Assembly: GCA_030167865.1 (NCBI GenBank)
Contig: JALAGF010006702.1
Location: forward strand, 1-45,815
DNA from: Craspedostauros australis
Lineage: Eukaryota
Length of the DNA stretch: 45,815 bases
Reading direction: 5' to 3'
Numbering within the stretch: position 1 is the stretch's first letter; each line of letters opens with the position of its first letter. Of the stretch, positions 1 to 10,381 are shown piece after piece. A model generated the notes under the pieces. The model saw nothing but the letters and a program-made list of their open reading frames with translations, did no database searches and had not been told where the DNA came from. The translations under genes and the position numbers were made by a program.

Positions 1-1240
1 TGCTGCGGTTGCTGTGGGCAATGCCCTCATAATAACGTTGTATGGTAGGTGGTGAAATGCGGCAGGGTTCGATGGCATCTTCTTTGGTGCGTCTTGGGCA
101 GAGACATGAAGATTGANNNNNNNNNNNNNNNNNNNNNNNNNNNNNNNNNNNNNNNNNNNNNNNNNNNNNNNNNNNNNNNNNNNNNNNNNNNNNNNNNNNN
201 NNNNNNNNNNNNNNNNNNNNNNNNNNNNNNNNNNNNNNNNNNNNNNNNNNNNNNNNNNNNNNNNNNNNNNNNNNNNNNNNNNNNNNNNNNNNNNNNNNNG
301 AACTCCGGATGCCGACATCGATCGGAGGCGGCTGCATGGGATGGGCGGTTGATCCATATTGTGCACCAGGACACTGACTTCCGCACCATAGACATGCGGT
401 CTCATGTGACGAGCCATGTTGCTGGTGCAGCTGCTCGCGGGCATGGAGATGAAGACAAGCACGGAGGCTGACGTGGACGGGATGTAGCTGTATGCGATGT
501 GCAGTGCTCCTGCTGCTGATGCTGCCTGCCATGACGGATACGGAAGCTGCTGCCATTGCGATGCTTCATCATGAGATGAGGGGTTGTGATAGCGGTGAAA
601 GACTCCGATGCTGATGACGTATGATGTGATGCAACATCAGATACGGCGACGTCAAGTTCGATGCGGACGTTTTGCATGAATGCAGCGTGCTGCCNNNNNN
701 NNNNNNNNNNNNNNNNNNNNNNNNNNNNNNNNNNNNNNNNNNNNNNNNNNNNCGACATCGACCATCTCCAGACATGGACTGTGCACGGACTCGAGGTGCT
801 GGCATGTCCATGGCCTCCCGATTTGGCCTGTCCCGCACATACGATATGTTGATATAGAGATGGAATTGTGATGCCGAAGGCCGGTCAACTAGCGAATCAT
901 TTCTCGTCTGAAGGGGGACGTGCAGACGTCTGCAAAAAACCAACTGCAAGAGGCTGCCCGATGAACTGCAGCGGTAAACGACAGGATGAATCGCCCACGA
1001 CAAACTGATGTCTCTCGCCACCCCCTCCACAGCCACCCGCACCTCGGTGTTGTCTCCCCCGTCTCTCACGGAGCTGTATGGAAACGCAAGAGGGCATGTG
1101 CCTTTGGCATTCTGCTTTTGCGCGAAGGAGACGAAAGGAAGGGGGTGATTGTGTGCGGTGCGCAGGGGAGAGCACACACACACACAGGAGTAGGGTACTT
1201 GATGACTGCCAACAGGAGCAAGCCACCATGATGAAACAAA

Positions 1241-2481
1241 CAAAACCACCATCGAATACGTCTGCCCGTCCCCACACAATTCTCCCACTCTGGAGAAGAA
1301 GCCGGTGCGACGACATCATGTGACGCAGAATGACACAATTATACTTAACGAACGATACAACAGAAGATGACGCCAGCGAAACCTGTAGCACAGGGTAACG
1401 TCCGAACAACGGATGGCAATGGTCGGCTGACGCCGACGACTGANNNNNNNNNNNNNNNNNNNNNNNNNNNNNNNNNNNNNNNNNNNNNNNNNNNNNNNNN
1501 NNNNNNNNNNNNNNNNNNNNNNNNNNNNGAAGAACAGAAAAGAAATGTCATGACATGCTACGAAGAACAGGATCGGTCGTCTTGCTTTCGTACGAGCCGC
1601 GGGAAGGAGTCTTGTGGAGAATGTCTGGAGAACATCACCAGACATCCAACACACCATGGGTGCGACGTCGAACACAGGATAGGGGGGACGTCGAGCACAC
1701 CATGGACGGGACATCCAAACACCGATCCTGCCATGGTTTGAACGTGTTTGGGATCTAAACACCATGTTTGCCGCCGATCTCAACGGTGTCGCAGAAGNNN
1801 NNNNNNNNNNNNNNNNNNNNNNNNNNNNNNNNNNNNNNNNNNNNNNNACAAAACCACCATCGAATACGTCTGCCCGTCCCCACACAATTCTCCCACTCTG
1901 GAGAAGAAGCCGGTGCGACGACATCATGTGATGCAGAATGACACAATTCTACTTAACGAACGATACAACAGAAGATGACGCCAGCGAAACCTGTAGCACA
2001 GGGTAACGTCTGAACAACGGATGGCAATGGTCGGCTGACGCCGACGACTGACTCGAACCAAACCATTTTGGATGCCGAAAGAAACGAAAAGAACCGGAAG
2101 GAGCTTCTTCGAAAGAAAAGCAAGACAATTTTGCACGAAGAACAGAAAAGAAATGTCATGACATGCTACGAAGAACAGGATCGGTCGTCTTGCTTTCGTA
2201 CGAGCCGCGGGAAGGAGTCTTGTGGAGAATGTCCGGAGAACATCACCAGACATCCAACACACCATGGGTGCGACGTCGAACACAGCATAGGGGNNNNNNN
2301 NNNNNNNNNNNNNNNNNNNNNNNNNNNNNNNNNNNNNNNNNNNGTGCGACGTCGAACACAGCATAGGGGGGACGTCGAGCACACCATGGACGGGACGTCC
2401 AAACACCGATCCTGCCATGGTTTGAACTTGTTTGGGATCTAAACACCATGTTTGCCGCCGATCTCAACGGTGTCGCAGAAG
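1241..2481. repeat. Tandem duplication of a ~608-bp unit with internal ~23-bp subrepeats, broken by N gaps
   Basis: caaaaccaccatcgaatacg occurs at 1241 and 1849 (offset 608), and the copies are near-identical through ...ggtgtcgcagaag. Internal variants of gacgtcgaacacagcatagggg / gacgtcgagcacaccatggacggg recur. The flanking Ns mean copy number may be an assembly artefact. Confidence 0.8.
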
Positions 2482-3250
2482 ACGCTAAATATCTTACCAC
2501 GGAGCATCGCGAGAAAATCTTTTGGCCGGCCGGCGCGATGACCCAACTTTAACCTCTTATAACTTATAAACTAAAGGAGATAGGGGGGGGTCTTGAGGGT
2601 TGTGTAGGGTCCTCACATATAGGGCTATCAATGTGTGAAGTTTAAGAGGCAGCAATTTGGAATCATCGGGGAATATCCATCGATCTTGTTGAAAACGTGT
2701 CATTACAATGACACGTTTTCCAAGAGGTCTGGCGCCCGGACCTCGCAAGAATCATCCTTGTTGCCCAATCAGATGAAATGAGAATCCTTGGATTGTCGAT
2801 TCGGTCGATTAGAATACGACTGAAACGAAGAATGACTTGAGTCTTGCTTTGGAGTCTGTTGAAAGGAGAATAGTTTGCTGATTTGGCGAAAACATGTATG
2901 TATCACATACTACGTCTGTCCATCATCACCTCCGTCCAAAGCAGCGCAAAAACAAGATCGGTTTGGATGAAAACCAGAAACCACAACCAGAAACAGTGCA
3001 CAAAGACAGCCAAGCCAACCAACGTATCAGCAACCACCAACACCATCTGCTTCCAGGATCCACCTCGTTTGCCATCAGCCCCGTCCAACACCATCGACTC
3101 TTGTGGTCAACTACTCCATCTCCTCCATCGCGAACATCCGACACACGACAAGCATCCGCGCTGCATCACACAAGGGCTGCCAATTCGCATTCATACTCGC
3201 TCTCCTATCCCCGTCCACGAACATACCCGCACAGACACAACTCCAACACG

Positions 3251-3829
3251 ATGAGTCAATCGGGACGACCATCGCACAAGAAGGAATCCATCCTGGAATT
3301 GGCCAAACTGATGGATGCAGTGGTGCGGGTCAAGGCATTGGGGGGACGAGAATTACAAGGCACGCTCAGAGGGTACGACGATCTCGTCAACCTCGTGTTG
3401 GAAGATTGCGAAGAGTTCCTGAGAGGTGAGAGCATGGTGTCGATTTGCACGCGCTTCACGGATCGCCGCTCTCAACGATGAAAGTTTGCTATGCTATGCT
3501 AGTCTATGCTATGTTAGTACATCGTGTCTCTCAATTTGATATTGAACCATGCGATGCACAACACTGCAATACAATGCAACACCTTTCTGTCACATCTCTC
3601 ACACGAAGCCATGGTCTTACGCTTGCCCGTCCTGTATGTGGCATCACATGTCACTGTCGCATTCCGACCAACAGACGCCGATGACATGGAGCAAGTGACG
3701 GACAAAACGCGCAAGCTGGGACTGGTGGTGATCCGCGGAACACAGGTATCTCTCGTTTCACCGCAAGAAGGTATGGAAGAAATCGCGAATCCATTCATGG
3801 CGACGGAAGAAGATGCAGCCGAAGAATAG
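3251..3829 (+). CDS. LSM7: U6 snRNA-associated Sm-like protein LSm7 (2 exons: 3251-3425, 3675-3829; 109 aa)
   Basis: Motifs KKESILEL..GGRELQGTLRGYDDLVNLVL and TRKLGLVVIRGTQVSLVSPQEGMEEIANPF are typical of LSm7. Intron 3426-3674 (GTGAGA...ACAG) joins the exons in frame (phase 1). Confidence 0.95.
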
Positions 3830-4526
3830 GCACGCAGATAGTTCGTACGAGCAGAGAGACAGAGATGGGAGAGATACAGTCATGATGTTTGCCCAGATCT
3901 CTCATTACTCTCTACCCCCTACGAATGTGAGCATGGGGCTGGTGCGTGCAGTTGTCGTGGTTTCGCCTCCATTCGCCCATCGAAACAAAGTCACAACCAC
4001 AGGCACTGGCAGCTGCAACAGAAGCTGCAACAGAAGCTGCATCACCTACAATCAGCAGTCAATAGAGACAGTCGCAATCTGCGATGCCATTGTCGCGCTC
4101 GCATCTGAATCTGCGCCTGAGCACGGGGCGAAGTAGGCAAGACCATGAGCCTCAGAACCGAAGTTGCTGGATTGCTTCACCCAAGTGTGTTGTCCAGTTA
4201 TGACCAACTGCGGCCAACATCGACCAAGAATGGAGCGGCAAGTGCTCTATTGGAGCGTCTCTGCAAATGCACCTGCCATGCTATGCGATGAACAACCCAG
4301 ATGGACCGCACAATATCTTCACTCGGATAGCAGCATGAACGAACGAATCAACGAACGAATCATCGAACAAGCGATGCAGCACGAATGCTCGTATGGTATC
4401 CTCCTCGTACTCGTACTTGCGTGTGCTCGTTTAACATCATACCATACGCACTCATGCTACTCAAGGATAATGTTGTAGGAATACATCTAATCGTGCATGT
4501 TATGCTGGTCTGCGCTGGGACATCGT

Positions 4527-6212
4527 TCAATTTTCGTGTGGACGATACAGGAGCATGTCGACATGGGCCTTGTAGCCCTCGCCGAGATGGATGATGTGAC
4601 CTTCGCCGTGCTTGGTCCTGTGAAGCAGCTTCCAACCATCTTCGTGCGCGTTGTCATCGCGACGTGCTTCGAGCTTCGCGACTACCTCATGAAACTTCTG
4701 CAAGATGTGTTCCGGAGCACCTTTTGCTGTATTTGCAGAGTCACCAGATTGCTGCGGCTGTTCTTCAATTTTACTTGCGGTGCGCAGATTTCGCCTGGAA
4801 CTGACTTCTCCGTACAGCTCCGTCAAACGCTCGTAGTTGCTGGCGTCGGGGTGCTTGTTGTCGTCGAAGTTGTTCGTGTAGTCCATGCAGTTGCCAAGAT
4901 CTTCGTTGTCGAAGTTCTCGTCCGTATGTGGCAGTCCCATGCTGTGACCCAGCTCGTGACACATCGTGTACTGCTTGGTCCCCTCCACACCGAACCCGAG
5001 ATAGTACTCGTTCATCTTGGCAGCGCTGGCCGTGATGAAGTTGGAGCCGTCCAGCAAGGCGTTGTTGATCCCTCTCCACTTCGTGTCACCGTAGTCACCA
5101 TTGCACACCTTGACCTTGCCATCCACTGCCTTGCAATCAAACTCGTAGGGAATGCGCTCCTTGGTGACCGAGACGGCATCCGGGTTCCCAAAGTCCCAGT
5201 CGGCCACCGCCAGCTCGAACTCCACCTGCCACTTGTCTTCCAGCGCGTTGAGGAAGTCGACCGTCAACCCGCCTGTGCCGCCGTTGTTCCATTTGGGGAC
5301 CTTGTCCGGATTCCCCGAGAATGGATCATCGAGGTCGTTGCCGTCGAGGGTTGGGACGATGTCCCCCAGAACGTTGGGGGTGATCTTGTTCGCGTTTCCA
5401 GTGGCGATGACGAGGCCGATGGTGGATGCGATGATCAATGTGATCGGGATGAGGTAGGAACAGAGCTTGCCGGTGGAGCAGGAATCCGCGGACGACGTGA
5501 TTCGGCGCACGGAATGGCCCAGATGTGCGGCAGGCCTGGCGAGACGCTTGGCGTTCTGCGCGATGGAACGTCGCTTGCCCCTGCGTGGCTTGCGGCCACC
5601 CGAAGGCTCGTCGTCGAAGCCTTCCCTGCTGGATCTGCGCTTGGCAGGACTGCGGCTGCGAGACCTGCTGTCGGATGCGAAGTGATCTCTGCTGGCGCTC
5701 CTGCCTCCAGTGCCCAAACGGTCTCTGCTGGCCGATCGGCTTCTGTTCATGCGGTCCCTGCTCGTCGACCTGCCCCTGGATGAAATGAGGCGTTCGCGAC
5801 TTTTGGAACGTCCCATCCTGTCTCCGCTGACAGAACGACCGCCGCCGACGGAACGACCGCCACCCACTGAGCGACCGCCGCCCACCGAAAGACCATCGCG
5901 GCTGGTGGAACGTCCACGTCCAAGCGCTCTGCTGGGGCTGCCGGATCTGCCACGAGCTCTACTGGGACTGCCCGACCTGCCACGAGCCCGACTTGGACTG
6001 CCGGATCTGCCTCGAGCTCTGCTGGGACTGCCGGACCTGCCTCGTGCTCGACTGGGGCTGCCAGATCTACCCCGAGCCCGACTTGGGCTGCCAGACCGAC
6101 CGCGGGCTCTGCTGGGACTTCCGGACCGACCGCGTGCGATTCTGGCTCCTGGGCTGGAGCTTCTGCCGCGTTTGGCGCTCGGGCTCGAGCTCCTTCCTCG
6201 TCTGCCGTCCAT
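4527..6212 (-). CDS. Putative type II membrane zinc metalloprotease (metzincin/matrixin-like) with an Arg/Ser-repeat N-terminus, 561 aa
   Basis: Single ORF. Carries HELGHSMGLPH (HExxHxxGxxH) followed by a Met-turn-like NCMDY. A hydrophobic segment (YLIPITLIIASTIGLVIA) precedes the catalytic domain, and the N-terminal ~200 aa are R/S/G-rich. Confidence 0.85.
   Translation of the reverse strand: MDGRRGRSSSPSAKRGRSSSPGARIARGRSGSPSRARGRSGSPSRARGRSGSPSRARGRSGSPSRARGRSGSPSRARGRSGSPSRARGRSGSPSRALGRGRSTSRDGLSVGGGRSVGGGRSVGGGRSVSGDRMGRSKSRERLISSRGRSTSRDRMNRSRSASRDRLGTGGRSASRDHFASDSRSRSRSPAKRRSSREGFDDEPSGGRKPRRGKRRSIAQNAKRLARPAAHLGHSVRRITSSADSCSTGKLCSYLIPITLIIASTIGLVIATGNANKITPNVLGDIVPTLDGNDLDDPFSGNPDKVPKWNNGGTGGLTVDFLNALEDKWQVEFELAVADWDFGNPDAVSVTKERIPYEFDCKAVDGKVKVCNGDYGDTKWRGINNALLDGSNFITASAAKMNEYYLGFGVEGTKQYTMCHELGHSMGLPHTDENFDNEDLGNCMDYTNNFDDNKHPDASNYERLTELYGEVSSRRNLRTASKIEEQPQQSGDSANTAKGAPEHILQKFHEVVAKLEARRDDNAHEDGWKLLHRTKHGEGHIIHLGEGYKAHVDMLLYRPHEN
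5925..6134 (-). repeat. Coding 30-bp tandem repeat, 7 copies, encoding RGRSGSPSRA
   Basis: 30-nt periodicity is visible at 5941, 5971, 6001, 6031, 6061, 6091 and 6121. The units differ only at synonymous positions in the minus-strand frame. Confidence 0.95.
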
Positions 6213-6962
6213 GGCGATGGTGCTGTTCTTTTGGGAGGGCTCCGGAATCTACGCTACGAGCAGATCGTCCTGCTTCAGATGTTTGCTCTGTAATAATAGC
6301 TGCTGTGGTCTCTCTAGAGAGAGAGAGAGGGTATGTATGATAGCGTAGCTGTCTGTCGCTTCTGTGCTCTTCTGCTGTTGGGTCTTTGCCTTTGTCTAGC
6401 TCGGACGAGTACGAGGACGAGTGTGCTTCCTGTTCCTGTGGAGGCGTGCGCTCGGTCGTTTGTGTGTGTGTGGGAGAGGCAGGCACAAGAGAGCTGAGGC
6501 GCACGCAGATCGTACGACAACTCCTTTTGCACGTGCTTTGTTCCTCTTTGTTGCCAGCGATGGTGATAGCGTCGTTTGTGTGCACAAACACACGAGGCAC
6601 AAAAGGTGACTTTCGCAACACACGATCGTCGCGAGAGCCATCGCCAGAATGGTGCTCCTGATTTCCTTTCTCCCTTTTGCTGTTCCTTTCGGCATTTCTG
6701 TTCCTTGTCAATGGGGCCTTTTCGGCTGTTTCGTCACGAACAATTAGCCCCATGGAATGAATGACTGACACTTCCGCGATGGTAGCGAAACGCACGATAA
6801 AATCCAATGGCACGTGAGTGGCTTGCACGAGTGTAGACCTGTTGTCGCTCTAGGCCTTGGCTTTGCTCGTCAATGTGGCAGCCGCAGCTGCATCAGCGAT
6901 GTCGCTCTCGAGCTTCTTCTCCAAGATCCGAATGGAACATGTTCATGTTCACCTTCATATTA

Positions 6963-8062
6963 GAGGGATATCGCATTTCACATTCACACCCCTCCATTCA
7001 TGTCACATGTGGCACTCACGTTCGGATTTCACATTGGTACTCGTGACTCGTTCGTGACCTATACAGAAAGACGACCAATATGACTGAATCGGCTTCTCTT
7101 CTGTAGAATATAGTTCGAGTTTAGACTGGTATGATCTGAATGCTTCGTTGCAGGTTATCGCATCACTTGTTGAGACCAAAGGATGGTAGGATCGTTAATG
7201 GGTGTGCTCTGAGTTGTACGCAACACACATCCCTCTTTCTCCTCTTAGGAGTTTCATGTTGTGAGAGGTTCGTTGCCATCTCTTCTGTCTCAACTTTGCC
7301 ACCAACAGAGGTCCGACAACAGATGCGCAAGCACTTTGTCCCTGCTAATTCACGGCTTGTTCAAGGCTCTGTTGCCAATGTCGATGGCAGAGACCTCTTG
7401 ATCACCGTATTATGGAGATAGATCAGCAGTTTGTTGTCCAATAGAAGGTCTCCACGCAGTCTACACAGAACTATTGCGATTGCATGTTGGGGTGATTGGA
7501 GACCACCAACGACTTCTGATATGGCATTCAGGATCTCCAAAGGATGCAAAATGTCCGTTGGTNGAAGTCCCTGGTNGTATCTGACTNCACTAATCCTCAG
7601 AGCATCAGGAACACGCCGCGGATGTTGCATCGGGTGAAATAGGATATGAGCAAAGATTCCTCAGCTGGATCATGAAGGGAGGCTTTGATACTTGCGCGCA
7701 GATATCATATGTGAAGCTTACAGGCATATTCGACATCGTAATCGCTCTCTATCGCTCAATGCACCCCTTATTCGTAATGCTAGTTTCATTATCACTAGCA
7801 TCTCAAAAAAATATCATTGTCACGACAAGGACGACTCAACATTTCTGCAAATGAAGAGAAATGATTGGCCATTCGTTTCGTTCCAACACGTGGAAGGNNN
7901 NNNTGCCGGGACTGCAATGTGAAACTCAATTGTGTTTTTGGCTCCTAAAACGCAATCGAGTTTCACTTTCCGAGGGGGAAGTTCGCATGTTGCCCCTCTA
8001 AAAATGTCATTATCAGGTTATTTTGTACCGTGGGACTCCCAATGTGAAATGCGATATCCCCC
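6963..8062. mobile_element. Non-autonomous cut-and-paste DNA transposon (~1.1 kb) with 22-bp TIRs and flanking TA
   Basis: Left end 6963-6984 is gagggatatcgcatttcacatt. The reverse complement of 8041-8062 is gggggatatcgcatttcacatt (21/22 identical). TA lies directly outside both ends (6961-6962, 8063-8064). The interior has no long ORF and contains ambiguous N bases. Confidence 0.8.
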
Positions 8063-8552
8063 TATTCTCGCGTTTCATGGTTGCTTTCGTACTCCATGCA
8101 TTGCACACAAACACGATTCTCTCCACCAGACACGCACGACTCAAACACGAGATGGAGAGGTCATTGTGGTCGACGTCTGTCCGTCCATCACGGTCTCGTC
8201 ACAAATGTTGTGGTGACAACGAGGACGATCCCGGAAGAGCGTGGAAAACAGCGTGACAAGAGCTGAGCGCGGCAAAAACACCAACACACGCAACAACGCC
8301 GACGAGGAGAGAGAGGCCAAATTTGACCAAAATGAGATCAGGGGAAGGATGGAGGGGAAAAAGTGCCAACGATCCGTTCGTCTTTCCCACCAAACCGATC
8401 TTCCATCCTCTCTCTCCCTCACCCTCCATCTCCATCGCTGTGTCTGTGCGCGTGTGTGTTCATTGCACGTCCATTGCATGTCATCGTGAGACGGACCTGG
8501 GGCTACGATCGACATTGGCGATAACGAACTCGGCAAGCAAGAGACGGAGTCC

Positions 8553-9443
8553 ATGGCGACAACGAACCAGGGTCCATTGGACGTCCAGTATCCAGTGTGC
8601 TCGACATGGGACATAGTGCTGCGGAACGATGACAAGGTCCGCGGCGAGATATACACGGTGGATCCGGTCTCCGGCTTCATCTTCGTCAAGGACAAGCTCA
8701 AGGAGCTCAGGATGATCAATGTCAGGTTCATCAAGTCATCGAAGAAGGTCAAGGATGCCTCCGCGGAGGACACCAAGGCGCTTTCGGCGTCCATGAAGAC
8801 CGTTTTCACCAAGCGAGCGCTGGAGGAACGCGAGAAGAGAGCGCTGCGTCTTGCGGAGGAGACCTTCCGAAACACCAACACAAAGGTGAGCACATCCAGC
8901 AAGCATTGCTACAACCATTGCAACAACCATTGCAACAACCATTGCGACAACCATACTGCAAATATTGTCGTGTCCAATCGCACAATGCAACTTGTGCAGC
9001 ATGCGTTTGAAACGAGCGAGACATACATTGGCGCATTGATCACGTCGTATGCCACAGTATTGCGACATCGGCACGCGTACTCGCGACAAGGCTTCAACTC
9101 ACACCTTCTTTCTGTCTATCTCTCGGCCTTCCTTTCTTGTCAACCGTCCACTCTCCATCAAACTCAATTGCAATTACAATTGCAATGACAATTCACAACT
9201 CAATGCCAATGAAACATGCAGGCATCACCGCATGGCCAGGCCGTCTTCGATCGCCTCGTCAAAGCTTGCAACGAGGTGTCATGGCAGGAGGAGTCAATCA
9301 TCGTGCTGGGACAGATCCAAGTCGACCCACCGTACACCGCGGACAGCTGCAAGCCGTTGGTCGCCGGCAAAGGAGTTAGCAGCTTGGACAGAATCCAAAA
9401 GATCGTCGCATCCACACCGACGATACCTTCCACCGGAGCCTAA
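8553..9443 (+). CDS. LSM12: LSM12-like protein (LSm domain plus C-terminal AD domain; exons 8553-8885, 9222-9443; 184 aa)
   Basis: N-terminal Sm-like fold (VRGEIYTVDPVSGFIFVK...MINVRFIK) and AD-domain motif ASPHGQAVFDRLVKACNEVSWQEESIIVLGQIQVDPPY. Intron 8886-9221 is GTGAGC...GCAG, phase 0. Confidence 0.85.
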
Positions 9444-10381
9444 ACTAGAACCATCGGTTTGGAGGAAGCGCAGCAGCGACCGAAGCTATCATATCATTCA
9501 CCATCGTCACAATCGTTTCATACCATGCCATGTCATGCCATACCGCATTGTGTCATGCGTCCGTGCGTGGGGGACATATCGGATTGAATCATGCAAATGC
9601 GGTGTGACAGCATGAGGAACGACTTCGGTTGCTTCCCATGCTCTAGAGTGTCGTGCATGACGTCTTCCTGCAGTGTCTTACTGGCACAGTGTGAAATCCA
9701 CGCGAGGAGTAGTACGCATTGGGTGATGCTCTTGAGACCTTGTATCATATAATACGAATGAGCCGCATGGTCCACGTCCACGATTGTACCATGCATCCTC
9801 CTCCAGCACAGTTCCTGAACTCTTGTGGGCAGGACAAGTGCATGATGCAACATCTGCGAGGCAGGTGATCGCCAGCCACAAGTTGAGCTATGCACAATGT
9901 GCCCAACTCTACCATGTTCATGGTTCGCCTCATCTGTTGAAACATCTCAAGACAGAGTAGAGTACAGTCAAGCTCCCAACGATCTGCATGGTCTGGCGAT
10001 GTTGATTTCCAAAGTCGCCGAGTCATGAATAAGCACATCAATCACGAATGTGTTTTTGTTCGCGATTGAGTCGAATCCATGACTCACCACCAACGTGTCG
10101 AACGGTTGCGATGGTGCTTCTCGGCAACCACAAAAGCAAACGATGTGGTGATGTGTCTCCCCTCTTTCTCCTTTCTCTCTCTCGGTCTGGCGTCATCGGC
10201 ATGTGGGAGCTTGCATCTTTCTTGTTCGAAGGCAATCGCAAGTGTACGAGTGAACGCGGGTCAAGAGAGGCAACAGTAGCCGCACTCCTCCTTTCGCAGA
10301 AGAAAGACAGCGATCAACTCTCTCGCCTGGCAGATCGCATCACGTGCCACAACCAGCCTCCGCAGCTAGGCATCGTCGGCT

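Noticed and set aside
1..900. ORFs spanning N gaps at the window start
   Set aside because: They are open only because of the Ns and have no recognisable protein motifs. Probably decayed repeat sequence.
1640..2420. Short repeated units resembling a CRISPR array
   Set aside because: The units are adjacent degenerate minisatellite copies without unique spacers, there are no cas genes, and the context is eukaryotic.
2894..3250. Upstream in-frame extension of the LSM7 ORF
   Set aside because: No LSm7 similarity and a 5'UTR/promoter-like composition. The ATG at 3251 gives a normal-length protein.
4497..6348. Long plus-strand ORFs 4497-5783 and 5710-6348 (LGLPDLPRA repeats)
   Set aside because: Antisense shadows of the metzincin gene. 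The repeat is perfectly conserved only in the minus-strand translation.
7140..7854. Possible piggyBac-like transposase words (KGGFDTCAQ on plus; DLLLDNKLLIY on minus)
   Set aside because: They lie on opposite strands, are short and are interrupted by stops. The element ends are not TTAA/CCC type, so no transposase can be assigned.
8911..8955. 12-bp repeat acaaccattgca giving a CNNH-repeat peptide in the ORF track
   Set aside because: It lies inside the LSM12 intron and is non-coding.
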